From Eledone cirrhosa (taxonomy: Eukaryota): a stretch of 64,000 bases of DNA. Of the stretch, positions 39,891 to 55,034 are shown piece by piece (positions within the stretch are counted from its first letter, which is position 1; every line of letters begins with the position of its first letter). The position numbers were made by a program, and so were the translations under genes. The stretch covers positions 32,860,001 to 32,924,000 of the forward strand of contig OZ024749.1 in the NCBI GenBank assembly GCA_964016885.1. Direction: 5' to 3'. Below the pieces are notes generated by a model. That model did no database searches. It was not told the origin of the DNA and saw only the letters and a list, made by a program, of their open reading frames with translations.

Positions 39891-42717
39891 CTTGTCTTTT
39901 CATTTCATTGCTCCTTCACCATTTTTTCTCCATTTCATACACCTTTATATTAGCAAGAATTTTATTTCCACTGTTATTATATTTTATGTTTTTTACTAAA
40001 AAAAAAAGTCATTTCTATGGCAACGTGGAGGTTTCCAGTATTCGGCTGTGACTCATTTCTCTTAAGCTGTTCATGTCCTTTTAAAGAAGGGCATGAACGT
40101 CACAGTTCCGTGTCTTTCTCTTCTCAATGCTATTATTATGCTTGATAACCCTTTGAAACCATCAACCACAAAAGATCAAATAATTGACCATTTATTTGCA
40201 CATTAATGCGTGGTTTAAGCAGTTCATATACGTAATATATCGAAATATCACGTGATTGAGGATGATAAAATTAATTCTCAATTTGAAATAATAATTCTCA
40301 TAGTTATTTAATATTTAGAAATAAAACATTTTTATCGTTTATTTATTCATTTTTTTTTAATTTTTCAACTAGTTTTTGCAGTCTTATTAGTCTCTCTTAT
40401 TGAAATAGCAACAGAAAGGGACAAAAACAACATGCTGCAGGTCATACAGACAGAAAGCAATAAAAAAAATAGTGGGGGGAGGGTGCATAAAATATCCCCT
40501 AAAACACGAAAAACAAGGACATGGATAATAGTCTGAAAATAGCAAAATGACTTGATTCAGTGAGGAAGGATCCGGGTTGAGAGGAATGGGGAGAGTAGAA
40601 ATGAATATAGTAATAGCAAGGACGGAGGGAAAAGAAGTAGAATGAGGAGAAGTATTTAGACAAATAGTTTACTGGTGGAGGTGGAGATGGTCTGTTGTAG
40701 GAGGAAGGGGAGGAAGAGTATAGGCAAACTGGTGAAGGCTGATAGTATTGGTGCTAGTCTGATGATGATGGTAATGATATCTGACATGAAGGGGGGCGGA
40801 AAAGGAGAAGGAGGAGAAAGTAATTTAACATAAAGGGTGGGAGAATAGTAGTGACAAAGAGAGGGAAAGGAGGAGTAGGTGAGTGAAGGCAGCACACGGG
40901 AATGTAATAGTGGTGGTAGAGACGAAGAGGTCGAGGGGAAGTAGAGTGAAGGCAGGCATGTATGTGATGATGATGATGATGGTGGTGGTAGAAAATATGT
41001 AGAGCCTACTCAACTACACCTCCACTCAAGCAGTGAGAAAGCTACGAGTGTCTTCACTGTCTGGCTTCTTGCTTTTGTTTTCCATTGCTTCTCAATGGCG
41101 GCACTTACCAAACAATTTATATCAACCAGTCTTAAATAATAATAATAATAATTGTAATTGAGTGAATACAAAAACTCAGATTAAAAAAAAGAAGAAAGCA
41201 ATTGGTATGTGTCACTCATGTCTTTCTCACTGAAGAGACATAAAGACAAACGAACTCGACCTAAATAACATTTACTTGCTAATGTATTCACTAAATGTAA
41301 TAACATTCTATTTCTCATTAAAATCATTGACTTAATATTTTCATTGTTCTAACACCGTATTTTTGTCCCTTTCCTCACTGAAAAAAAAACATTTGTTATT
41401 GAGTAAAAAATATCTACGCCTTTTTATTTACTTTAAATATATATGAACATATAACTAGAATGTTCTATTCACCCTCTGGCCAATGGTGTTCATTTACGAT
41501 GACTTGTGAATAAGGTGAAATGTTCTTTGCTTTCGCTGAAACATGAAAATGGCTGCCAGATTACGTTTTGCAAGAAGTGAATTGCACTGCTTATCTAAAG
41601 ACACACCTCTCTCTGCCTAACTGTTTCTTCCCCTCTTTGTCCTCCTCCCTCTCTCTGTCTTTTTGCCTCTCTCTTTTCTTCTCAAAATTCCATATCCAAA
41701 ACCCTTTCCTTTCTTTCACACAAAACTGAGCCAATTGATTTTCAAAATGGCGGAAAGTAATCTTTCAAACAATTTTTAATAAATCAATTCTAATATTTTA
41801 AATATTTAGGGTGCCGGAAGACGAAGACAGTTAAGGCGGCAGTGGCGGACTTTATTTATGTTTCATTGTATTTAGTTTCGTTTCGTCTTTTTCAATTTCC
41901 AAAATTACATATAACTACGTTTGACCTTCTTTTCATCTATTGTGGAGTAGGGTTGGTAAGTTTAGTACCAGTAATATACTAGTACTTTAAACTTACATAA
42001 ATTAGCTTTATGCAACGTAAACAAAATTAATATATATAAATTTATCCTTTCGATGTATATGTATATGTATAATATATATATATATAGTAATAATCAATGT
42101 GTGTATGTATATATGTTATGGGGGTAGGGCAGGTAAGTATAAACATTATCTCCTCAAACCGCATCTGTCTTTATTCCTTAATATGAATGCAATACTCGAA
42201 ATTTCTATGAATGCGCCGTAAACTGCTCGCGCTAAATATTTTACGGATAAGAGTGTGTCCGCTTGTGCGTTGTGTATGTGTGTGGAGTGTAGAGATATAA
42301 ATTATTCTTGAATAGCCGTACAAACATCATGGACGCCAGAAGGAAGATCAAGAAATAGAAATCAACTTCTTTGACTCGAACCATTTTTAAAGAATTTCCC
42401 ACACCCACATTTTTTTTTAAATCAAAGAACATTTACTCAGACCTTCTCTCGTATATTTCTGTCTTCTCCTCCCCCACCCATATAAATACAAAATGCTGCT
42501 GATGTCAAGAAGTGTGATATCTGTAATGAGTTTTCTTTATCTATAGATGAGAAATCAATCCATTATCTTTTTCACTTCAGTCACCAATATACTTCGTAAA
42601 AGGCAGTGTAGTCATAGCATTACTGGACCACTTGCCTCTATAAGCAACGAACATGTACATCGAAAATGGGGTTTTATGTAAGGTGAAGGTCATTTATACA
42701 CACACCCATACATACAT

Positions 42718-42798
<81 letters not shown>

Positions 42799-43321
42799 TG
42801 CTAATTTACTTTGTGACTACGGGTGCTCATATGGAACACATTTCTATCGAGAGTGGACGAAATATATACGCCATCTTGTAAAAAGAAGACGCCATTTTCC
42901 TATAATTGTTTTCGTGTGTTAAAAACGTGACCAAAATGTGTAGAGTGCAAACGAAATAAACTAGATTTATCATGGGCAATTATTTAAATACAGACACACA
43001 TATACATACAGCAATATATATATCATAATCATCATCAACGTTTAACTTTCATTTTTTCACGCTAGCATGGGTTAGACCGCTTGTCCTGTTTGAGGCAAGT
43101 TAGGTCCGGTGACCGTGTCTTGCTCATGCAAAACTGTTTCTGGCTTGGTTTCTATGGTTGGATGCCCTTCCTAAAACCAACTACATTTACAGTGTGTGTG
43201 GGGTGCTTTTTGTCATAACTCCTACACAACCACTTTACAGTGTATGCTGGGTGCTTTTTTTTTTTGGTGACACCTACATGACCACTTTACAGTGTGGGCT
43301 GGGTAATATAAATATATATAT

Positions 43322-43665
43322 ATCATCATTTCATCATTTCATTTTACGTCCACTTTTCCCTGCTTGCAAGGGTGGGACGGGAACTGATTTTGGCTTGATT
43401 TCTACAGCTGGATGCCCTTCCTAACACCAATCTCATTTACAGTGAGTGCTGGGTGCTTTTTTGCCGTGGCACCTCCACGACCACTTTGCAGTGGAATGAT
43501 AGGGACCCCAGTCCCTATCATCTCATTTCTACTGCTGAGTAAACTGGAGCAATGTGAAATAAAGTGTCTTGCTCAAGGAAACAACACATCACCCGGTCTG
43601 AAAATTGAACTCACAACCTTTCGATTGCAAGGCCAATGCTCTAACCACTAAGCCATGTGCCTCCA
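43322..43665 (-). mobile_element. tRNA-derived SINE, family B (V-domain-like body, RTE 3' tail)
   Basis: Reverse complement of 59337-59669. Confidence 0.85.
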
Positions 43666-43859
43666 TGTGCCATATATATATATAAAATGATGATGATATA
43701 TATACAGTCTATAGTAGTGAGGTTACAGAAAATATATTTGCTATAATCTCGATTGCTCACATTTTTTACTCAATGAAATATTGTTTGAATGTTTAAGCGG
43801 GTGAATCTTTTTCAGTGTGCTAAAATAATGTATATTTGTAATCGGGCGGTTACATGTGG

Positions 43860-44095
43860 TTGTCCCAGACCTCAAAGTTTCTGAAAGTGCAATTTGCCAA
43901 TCACAGTGGCAGCAGACCCAGGAGTAGACCCCCCAAGCAAGATGATAGGATAACATCCATGAGCTTAGCTGGTCTTGCTTGGGGATCCAGTTGGATCAGT
44001 TGGAGATGCTTGCTTCTGACAGGACCCACTGGAAGGAGTGTTTGAGGACTCTTCCCCCATGACCCTCTCAGAAATAAGTGAGCAAAGAAGAAGAA
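43860..44095 (+). mobile_element. 3' fragment of a second RTE family
   Basis: Shared sequence with ~48840-49390, 51940-52265, 56370-56712 and 58030-58310, which encode LLLRIERSQ....GHVVRM...GRRPRGRP..RW remnants. Confidence 0.75.
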
Positions 44096-45127
44096 GACAG
44101 TGGCAGCATCACGCATGTATACAAGCCGGTTCTGCAAAGTGTCATCAACAGATATATCTATTATAGTGAGAGAGTGCAAAATGGTCTATCCAGTCTGTGC
44201 ATCAAGAAATTACTGCTATCATAGCTAAGGTAGTCGGCAGTCAATACTGATGTGACGTATAGAAGAACGACTCTTCATTCGCTAAGCGATTGTATTACTG
44301 TGGCAAATTAAAAATGAGATATATCTTGAATTTATAGCCAGTATAAATCTCAACCAGTTGGAAAAATAAAAGAATGAATTACAAAGAAATACAGAGGTAA
44401 TAGAATAAATATATATTACCATTTCTTCCTTTCTTCCTCTTCTCATTCTTTATCTTTCTAGTTCTTCTTTTATTTCTCATGATGAAGGACTAGTGTCTGA
44501 AACATTAAAAGTATCAAGTGTTAAACTAATATATTTCTTCTTTGTACTCTATTGTTTGGTCTGTTGTTTCTCTTTACTTTTCATATATATAAATTTTAAA
44601 TGGTTGGCCTACCAAACATTTAAAATTATTATATTGACACTATGCTTTCAAAACTGCCTTGAAATTCAATAATGTGTATCATCATCATCATCATTTTACG
44701 TCCATTTTTCCATGCTAGCATGGGTTAGACAAGTTGTTCTGTTGTGGGCAATGTTAGTCTAGGTGACCATGTCATGCTTATACAGAAATGATTTTGGCTT
44801 GGTTTCTACAGCTGAATGCCCTTCCTAACACCAACCTCATTTACAGTATGGATTGGGTGCTTTTTGTTGTGAAACCTATATGACCATTTTACATTGTGGG
44901 ATGGGTGTTTTTTACCATATATATATATATATATGAAATTCAATGTAGAAATTCTTCAACAGGACTAGAACTGTTTCATTCAAAAGAAACAGTTCTAGTC
45001 CCGTAGAAGCCATTTCTATATTAAATTTGATGTTTACACTCTACTAATGTATTGAGTATCTTACTGTGGTTACCCCCTATTAAACCCAGGACTCACATAT
45101 AAACGGTGATGATGATATATATATACA

Positions 45128-45995
45128 ATAAGTTCTGACTATGGAAACAGAATTTAAAATCAAAAGGCCTAAGAGTAAACTTAGCCAAAACTAAAGTGCT
45201 GGTGAGTAGGGTAGAAGGTAGGACCCTAATTCCTTCAGGGAAGTGGCCCTGCTCAATATGTAGAAAGGGAGTTGACATAAACTCCATACGATGGACACAA
45301 TGTAAATCTTGGGTATACAAAAGATGTAGTGGGATAACGAGTAAGTTAACTGGAAGGGAAGACCTTTTAGAGGATGCACAGGAGTAACCAAGGGGATGCT
45401 AACCAGTGATGTAAGACTATTCCAGTCACAGGAAGAACCTATAGAAGTGGTTGAAAGCATCTGCTATCTAGACAATGTAATTATCAATGGAGGAGGGAGC
45501 TCTGAGGGCATAATAGCTAGAATAAGGACAAAGTTCAGAGAGCTATTCCCACTGTTGACCACAAAAGGTTTCTCCCTACGTACAAAAGGACAACTGTTTG
45601 ATGCCTGTGTGAGAAGTGCGATGTTGCATGATAGTAAAACACAGGCTGTAATTGCAGAGGATGTGTGTAGATTGGAAAGAAATTAAGCAACCATCTTCCA
45701 TTGGATGTGCAATGAGAGAGGCAGAGCTTGGATGAGTTGAAAGAGAAGCTGGGTTTAAGAGGAATTCGAGGTAGTGTGCAGGAAAGAAGACTGTGTTGGT
45801 TTGGACATGTGATGTGCATGGACAATGATCATTGGGTAAAGAAGTGCCAGGAAATGCCAGTGGAAGGAAGTTGTGGTAGAGGTAGATTTGGGAAGATGAC
45901 AAAGGATCACGATGTGCAGAGAAATGCCATGCTGAGAAGGACCCATCTAACCCCTGTAAACATGGAAAGGTGTACGTAAAAATGAAGATGATGAT
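45128..45995 (+). mobile_element. RTE LINE 3' fragment, same family as 4628-6976
   Basis: PSGKWPCSICRKGV..NSI..., RRLCWFGHVM and a (GAT)n tail. Confidence 0.88.
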
Positions 45996-46427
45996 ATAGG
46001 AAGGTGGATTTGTTTATATTCTTCAGTAAGGTATAATAATAAAATTAACTGAATTGAAATTAGTATACCTAGAATATGTATATTATATTTTAATTATCTA
46101 TATTTATCAACCCTAGAAAGATGAAAGGGAAACTTAACGTAGGCAAGATTTGAACTTAATGCAGAAAGTTGAAGCAAATATTACCAAGTATTTAGCTGAC
46201 ACTCTAATGACTCCTCCAATCTACTGCTCTAATAATAATGGTTTCTGATTGAGACACAAGGCCAGCCATTTTGCAGGGAGGGGTAAGTCGATTAACTCGA
46301 CTCAAGTGCATTACTGGTACTTTATTTTATCAACCCTGTAAGGGTGAAAGGCAAATGAAGGGCCATAACTCAATGGTGCAAAGCATGGCGTCCAACCCTA
46401 TACCTATACTGCCAATCCACCACCCTC

Positions 46428-46465
<38 letters not shown>

Positions 46466-49400
46466 GTAATGATTTCTTTTACTAACCACTAAGGGCAATT
46501 TCATAGATTATCTTTCATATATGAATACTAACCTTTCAAATGAGAGTTGGTCCCCTGACCCTCCAAAAAGGATGATATCTCTAAATAAAAACTGACCTGT
46601 TTAACACATGTCAGTAGATTTGCACCACTTTGAAGTGCAAAGGTGGTAATGTAGGATAAAGTGTCCTGTCTAGAATCCCAATGAAACACACGTGGCAGAT
46701 TTGAACTCACAAACCAGAGGCTGGTATTATAATAGTTTCTATATTTGGTACATTTTATCGATCCTGTAAGGATGAAAGGCAAAGCTAATGTTGGCAGGAT
46801 TTAAATGCAGAACGTAATGGACTGTAACTATATGCCACAAAGCATGTTGTCCAGCGCTTTACCAATTGCTGCCAATCCACTGCCTGAAGGTTGGTATTAT
46901 AATACAGTATCCACTTGGTTATTTAGAAACTTAAAATTTTTAGAAGCAGAAACCACACAACTTATGACCAGTTGTATGTTGTAATTAGTTATAAAGAACC
47001 ATTGGAGTTTTTAAATCTTTCATTGATGTGTTTTTAATGAAAAAAAATGCCTATAACTTTCAAATCATTTTGAAATTTGGAAGGATTTATATATCTAACA
47101 TTTTTATATTTCAGCTGGTGTTTGTAGCATAGCTTAACAAAGGTTCATATATAACATGATACTGGAAAGTTTTTAAATAAATATAATCATTTTAAAATAA
47201 ACAGTTTCATATCATAAGAGCAGGAGCAGCTTCAGGCAGTTATCAAAAGGGTTAATTAGATGGATTTCAGTTGAACTTGCTGTCAAACTCACTTTAAAAT
47301 TATGAGCACATAAGATAACTGCTTTACTGTCAAATGATATGAATATAAAGATACTTATTCATTTGTGTTCCAGCCAAGCGGCTGAGGCCATGCAGGGACA
47401 CCGTGACTTTATTTTATTTATTTTATTTTTTGTTTTAATTTTTACATCCAGTTTAAAGCATATTGAAGGAGTTAATAAAACATTTCGAATCACACACACT
47501 AGATAAAATTCAATTATTTACAGGTCTTTCCTATTTGGGTAAATCTTAGCACCGCCAACAAGCAGAATAGAGTCTTGAACCTAATTCTATTATTGAAGAG
47601 GTTTGGGGCCTTAACTCTTTAACGTTCACATTACTCTATTTAGACTATTACTATTGTATTTTCTCAGAAAAGGCTTTATCTGACATAATTATCTCGCATA
47701 ATATCGAATCTATGAGATCTTGATATTTATTTTGCGAACAATACCTTAACATCAGTATGAGTGGCCAGTTACAACCGGTTTGAACAGAAAGAGGTGAGAG
47801 AATTCTGACTGGATATAGCCGGTTTAAATGCTAAAAAATACTGAAAAGGTTAATCCTTGCCGCAGGTTTGAAGGGCAAAAATAGCAGAAATGATACACAA
47901 AGTTATAACTGTCCAGAGGCTTATATGTCCAACTTAATAGATTATTTTTCATAGTGAAAACTGTGCATCAAAGCTGTTAACTAAATTTTCCTTCCATTCA
48001 AATTTTAAAAAGATTGTAATGTTCCAAATGGCATTTTAATAATGTTTTCTGATTTAGGCATAAGGCCAGCAATTTTGGGGGAGGGGAAAGCCGAATAAAT
48101 CGACCCCAGTGCAAGATTGGTACTTTATTTTATCGACCCCGTAAGGATGAAAGGCAAAGCTAACTGCGGAAAGATTTGAACTCAGAACGTAAAGGGCCGT
48201 AACTCAATACCATAAAGCATATTTTCCGACGCTCTACCTATACTGCCAATCCAGCACCCTAAAGGGCATCTTAATAATGAAAGGGTGAATTGTTTATTAA
48301 ATTTGTCCAAATTTTTATGATTTTTAAAGTCAATTGAAATGCATAGGTAGTTTATTTTATTAGAAATACAGTAACAAAAGAATTAATATTAACTTATTCA
48401 ACTGCTGGGTTACAAAAATTTATTCAGTGGCATGAATAATAACCAAACCAAATTGGAGTTGTTCTCTCTATAACAACATGATAAATGCTGTTAAGATATT
48501 TTATAACTGAAATAACATTAAATACAATACAATGGATATAGATCTAATTCGTAAAGAAAGTATAATTGAAGTGGTGGAAATTCTGAAGGATTTAATGATT
48601 TAAACCGACCATATCCGGCCAAAATTCTCTCACCTCTTTCTGTTTAAACCGGCTGTAACCGGCTGCACATACTGATGTTAAGGTATTGTTCTCAAAATAA
48701 ATAATATTAAAATCTCATAGATTCAATATTATGTGAGATAAAGCCTTTACCATGAAAAATATGATAGTAAATATAGAGTAATGTAAATGCTAGAGGGTTA
48801 AAACAAAAGTAGGGAAATTTTTCAATCTGAAGAGCTGGGTTGTTTGGATTTCTGGAAAGGCACTGAAGCAATGGCAATCAGGAGTGATAATCAGCATTCA
48901 GTCATCAAAAGAAGGGAAGTAGGCCTAAAAGCCAAACTTGCTATCTTAAATTTGGTAATGATGCCAACTCTTACCTATGATCATAAATCTTGGGTAATAA
49001 CCAAAAGAATATGATTGCAAATATAAGCATCTGAATTGGGGTTCTACAGGAGGGTCTTTGGAGTGTGTAGCTTGGAGATCAGGGAGCTTCTCCAGGTAAA
49101 GCTGCTACTTCTCTGAATTGAGAGATCAGAGGTCCAATACTTCAGACATGTGGTTAGAATATCTAAGGAAAGAATCACTGGACATATTTTACAAGCAAAA
49201 CCAACTGGCAGGAGACTCAGGAGTAGACTTCAAACAAGCTAGATAACATCCACGAACTCAGTTGATCTTGCTTGGGAATTCAGCTGGATTAATTGGAGAC
49301 AGTTGTTTCTAACAGGACCACTGGAAGGCATGCTTGAAGACTCTGTCTCTATAATTCTCCCAGGAATATGTGGGTGAAGATGATGAAGAGGAAGTGGGGA

Positions 49401-51287
49401 AGGGAGGGGCATACCCCTGTCTAGGTGGTACATTTCAGCTGTGTCCTGTGGACAAGATGGCAAAACCATTGCTGCAGAGAACAACCATTGACACTTGCTG
49501 TATCAGTCACTCTATCTTATGGGGCTCCTTCCTCAGGGGGAATGCACTGAGATACCAAATAGACAGGGGTGTAGAACATACCCCTCCCTTCATCCTTCTC
49601 TTTTTCTTTTTGTTATTTAATTCCTTTTTCTGTCTTCCTTTTTATTATGCGAAATATTTATGTAAATAAATTTATATAAGATAATTGAGACTATTGCAGC
49701 TGTATTGCGGTGGATTGGCAGTATCGGTAGAGGGTCGGACGCCATGCTTTGACGTATAGAGTTACGGCCCTTGCCATTCTGAGTTCAAATCCCGCCGAGG
49801 TTAACTTTGCCTTTCATCCTTACGGGGTCGATAAAATAAAGTACCAGTAATACACTGGGATAATTGCTGGCCTTGTGCCAAAAGTAGAAACAATTATTTA
49901 TTATAAAGAAAAATACAAGAAAACCTGAATTTAGCTAATTTTTTCTTACTCAATGTGAATTTTTTGCTCTGAATTTTATCTAAAATCGCTTCAATATTCA
50001 AGTCATAAATAAGGACTTTATCTTAACCTTTTAGCATTTACATTACTCTATATTTACTTTTGTATTTTCACAGTAAAGGCTTTATCTCACATAATTACTT
50101 CACATAATATCAACTCTACAATATTTTCATATTATTCATTTTGAGAACAATACCTTAACATAAGTATGAGCAGCCAGTTATGGCTTGTTTGAACAGAAAG
50201 TGGTGAGAGAATTCTGGCCATATACGGCTGGTTTAAATGCAGATTTAATTAAAATCAAACAATTCAGAGGGTCTATGAACTATCTGGGATAGGATAAAAA
50301 GTTACAGGTTTCTGCTTCTTGTGATTGAAGATTTGTTAGATACTGATTTAGATATAATAACAGGAAAGCGGAGATGGCTGAAAGGCAGGAGGAGAAGATG
50401 GGTAATAATTTGGCCACAACTGCTGACCCACCAATGAAAAAGTGTTATGATTAAGGGTCAAAACACCCAGTGAATATAAGACATCATCAGATGATATCAA
50501 TTCTTCCTAGCCATGGCTATATTCACCGAAAACGTGAATTGATATCAGTAAGGCGTCCATCAGCCTTGGGAGTTGTGAACTGGATGCTGTTTTTGGTGTA
50601 ATATTGGTTGTAGCTTGATAGGAACTGGTAGACTGCTGCTTCCCACTTCTCCAGTGCATAAAGCCTGGCTGTGTAGATACTGTAGACAGACCATTCCCTA
50701 GGTACCATAGTAAGTCCCTTCTCTCTACATTGCTGAAATAATCTATTGGAAAAGTAAATACTGATATACATACTTCCAGTGTCATCACAGGAGTTGCTAG
50801 GACATTGATGATTACAGCCTCAAATAGTCTTAGGGACTCCAACTCTGAATGTCACTTAGTCAGGCTACTGGCCTAGTTTGAGAAACCCTGTCTGCCCAAA
50901 GTAACTGGTATCTTCTTTAAGATGTAATTATCCTTAGCAAAGATTTAATTTCTATTTTACTTTTTAAATAAAGAGGGTAACTAGCTAGTTTCCTTATTTA
51001 GCAATTGTAGTAATTGTTTTTTTTAATGTAGAATTCTAGCTTTACAATACAAACTGTGTATTTTAAAATGTTGATACTTATCTAAAAACATTCCATCCTA
51101 ATTTTATGATTATTTTGAAAATTATTTGGAAGCCATAAGCAATGTTTTTCATAAAAAATATAATAAAAGAGTTAAACTATAATATTCATTTGTCAAGACT
51201 GCTTGGGACCTTATATAAAAAAAAGAAAATGTCAAAATGTATATTTTTTGTTCAACTCAAGGTTAGCCATTAATAAGTGTATGTATG

Positions 51288-51354
<67 letters not shown>

Positions 51355-51356
<2 letters not shown>

Positions 51357-51912
51357 TGGCTGCCAACTCGTTTTCGAGTACGGCCACTACTTTATATCCA
51401 TGTAGGAGAACCCCTACTGATGCGCTAAACGAGTGTGACTTTTCAGTCCAGCCAGCGACTTGAAAACTCGGGTACAAACACTACACTTGTGACAATTATT
51501 GACACATAGTGCTGGGCCCATGGTACCATGTAACGACAAGTGCAGAGAGATCTCCAGATATAAAGCAATGCCTGTGCCGTGAAGCTTTTATAGTGAGCAA
51601 AGGCACTGCACAAAGCCAGTCCCACTCTCTTAACCAAGATGATATTTACCAAAAAGAAGAACAAGTCAACATCATTGGATACCATCAGAGTTGCAGGTGT
51701 TATATCAGAGTTTTCCTTCTCCTAGAATTCTGCCTTGACAAAGGCTAAGGGGTCATCTCTCCCGGTGATTTTGGATGGCCATTGACTCTTAAGAGCTCCT
51801 TTGCCCTTTGACAGGTTTTGTTTTTAGTCCTGCAGGATGTCCAAAGTCACCCTCCTCACCAAGCAACCTTGGTGGGGTTGCTAGTTTAGTCGCCAACGAC
51901 CCGACCATGAGA
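51355..51912 (-). mobile_element. Internally deleted (bipartite) RTE derivative inserted in (TA)n
   Basis: The minus strand begins with RTE-like 5' UTR sequence (CTAGGAGAAGGAAAACTCTGA) and ends with a C2H2 remnant CTRVFKSLAGLKSHTRLAH plus a short 3' UTR hairpin. Confidence 0.55.
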
Positions 51913-53183
51913 CATATATATATATATATACACATAAAAGTGCGTAGCTCAGAGATCAGTGAGTCACTCAAGGCAGAGCTGGTACTTCTCTGAATTGAAG
52001 GATCATAGGTCCAATAGTTTGGATACGTGGTCAGAATGACTAAAAAAAGAATCGTTTGACATATCTTACAGGCAAAAGCAACCAGCAGGAAACCCAATGG
52101 TAGACCAAGAGCAAGATGGTTAGATAACATCCATGAGCTCAGTTGGTCTCATTTGGGGATCCAGCTGGATTTGGAGACAGTTCATTCTAACAGGATCCAC
52201 TGGAAGGCATACTTGAGAACTCTGTCTCTATGATTCCCTCAGGAATAAGTAGGTAATGAAGGAGAAATTAAATATTTAATAATTTCCTATGATCAATAAA
52301 TATATTTCTAAACATCTTTTCGTGTAGCAGTATTGTGGAACTATCCAAAGCTATGTAGATGGTGGCACTATATCATTATAACTTGTGATATGATTGAGCA
52401 TGTGCGTGGACTGTGCAGTGGAAAATGCAGGCTTAGTAATTTTTTTAGTATTGTTAGAGCAAGAAGTCAAAATTATTTCATTTGGGAGCATTGGGGTGCA
52501 ACATTGTAGAGCTAGCCTAGGGCTTTATATACCCAGACACACATTGCATGGTTAGCCTAGGCTCCAAATACCCAAGCAGACATTGTAGAGCTAACCTAGG
52601 GCTCTAAATATCCAGGCGTTGACACTGATGGAACGCAATTTAGGAAACACTGTTTTTAACTATTTCTTTTAGATTAATTGAGGATTTAAGTTTAAAATAA
52701 AGCAACAGTTTTTTGGCGTTTTAATTCGCCTATTTCCCTATAAATTGTTCGTTGATAGAATAGATCCGTTCCTTTCGATAATATTTCGCATAAAAATTCG
52801 ATCCAGTCAATTGAAAATAGTCCTTTATGAAACGGTCAGAGATGAATTGCTAGGTTGAGAATTAGCTTGTCCAAGTCTATTCTGTAATTATAATCCCTTT
52901 AGCCATCCGTAGTTGGCAGTTAAAGAACATATTTTTTTTCTTTCTTCAGGCGTTTTTTTTTTCAATAGTAGTTTCGTAAAATGATCTTCCTGCTTAAAAA
53001 AAGAAAAGAAATTAAACGAATTATATTTACAGTTTTGATTACTATTTTTAATAAGACGTTTTTTTAGAATCAAAATAACCCTTATTATAGAGTGGAGAGA
53101 AAAACAAACAATTTTTATTTATTTATTTTTGCCCATCATTCCTCGTCTTGGAAGTCGTCAAGCATTTGATTAAGCATACGAAC

Positions 53184-53328
53184 ATGGCGAGTCCAACGGA
53201 CGGTGACTGCCTCAATGATCCCAACTTCGCTGTTATCTGTTCCTTTATAGACAAATTTGGGGATAAACTAATACTTCCAGAGATATCATTCGAGGATCTA
53301 CAGGAATCCATTGAAAACACCAAGGCAG
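53184..53328 (+). CDS. RSF1: Remodeling and spacing factor 1-like, first coding exon (DDT domain start). Downstream exons not identified in this window.
   Basis: AACATGGCG start context, MASPTDGDCLNDPNFAVICSFIDKFGDKLILPEISFEDLQ matching the RSF1 PNFAV.CSF...G..L.LPE..F..L motif, and donor CAG|GTAAGA. Confidence 0.85.
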
Positions 53329-53625
53329 GTAAGATATACAAAGGAATCGTCACTGTTGAGGTGCCGCCGGTACTGTGGGTGTTTGTCCGTGTACATTCAA
53401 CACACACATCATCTCCATTTATATTTACACACACATCTATATATCTGTGGTTGTTTGTCCGTTATAGTCAACACACATAATTTCCATCTATATTTATATA
53501 CACACATACATATAAATATATATATTTACACATACATCTCTCTCTCTATATATATATATCCGTGGTTGGTTGTTTGTCCATGTACCATTCAACACATCTC
53601 CATTTATATTTACACACACATATAC

Positions 53626-53669
<44 letters not shown>

Positions 53670-54946
53670 GTAATAATAATAAATTTGAAGACTAAAATCC
53701 AAAGAGGGCTCGATAAGGATAAATATATATCAAATATATAAGAACCGTAGAGCAAATATTTATTAAAATAACAGATTAAAGTTTAAGCAAAGAATCGCTG
53801 CTTTCACCCTTAACGGGATTTTATATATATATATATAGAGAGAGTATCAAATCCTCTATGCTGATCATTTTATAGAATATCTTTTAACTGTTTTCATTCT
53901 AGTTCCTTTATTGTCCACGTATATATATATATATGCGTGTGATATGTATGTATGTAATATATAATGTATATGTATGTATACCATATATAATGTATATGTA
54001 TGATGTAGATGTGTATATATTCAAAACAACCGAATCTCCAACATATTAAGAGACGATAGTAGTAATAATAGGTTTTTTTTTCTTCAATTATTTGAATAAG
54101 CATACACTAACCCCATCTCTTTAAATTAGAATTGTTTATTTGATTCGATTTGACCCAGTGTATTACTGGAAATATTTTTTTCGTTCTGTAGACCCCAGGG
54201 AGGCTGAAAATCAAATTCGCCCTAATTTATAGCAATAAAACCAGAAATAATTTAACAAAACAAAACGAAAAAAAAAAAGAACACACCAAAACACCTGCAT
54301 CTTTCTATTGCATAAGCTTTCAGAGTCATAAAAAATATTTTATATATTTAAAAAAAAAATTTGTTAATCCTAGTTTATTTGTATTTGCTTTTATTTATTT
54401 ATATAGAATAAAACGAATCACAACGCGTGCGCATATATATATATATAGATAGATAGATATAGATATATATTAGATATATATATATAGATATAAATTGAGT
54501 TGCTGCTGCTGCAGATAGCACAAATAATATTGTGAGCTGAAACAGATAAAATAAATATAAACAGCAGCAATTAACTACCAATGGACTTTCCAGCTTAAAA
54601 GAAGCACTGATATATATATATATAAATATATAAATAAAGCGGAGATTCTTTTATATATGTGTATATATATATATATTTGTGCGTGTGTGTGTTTATATAT
54701 TGTATTCAAGTCTTATGGTGCCTGTGGTGGATATTGCTTTACTCTTCTATCCTTTCAACCTACTTTATTTTTTCTTTCCTCCCCGTAATGAAAAAAAAAA
54801 TGCTGCTTTGGATACGATCGTAGTATTACCAAATATATGAAAAGGTACTAGTAATAATATTTGAGACATAAAATAAAAGATGGCAGGAGTGAATGTAGAT
54901 GTGCCAGGAGTAAAAGGTAGATGTGTCTGAACTGTGTGTGTGTATG

Positions 54947-55034
<88 letters not shown>

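Noticed and set aside
39300-41000. Pyrimidine-rich block followed by purine-rich block as a long inverted repeat
   Set aside because: Only compositional complementarity, with no alignable arms.
51850-51912. HDV-like or twister ribozyme at the RTE 5' end
   Set aside because: Could not build the nested pseudoknot or the conserved core by eye.
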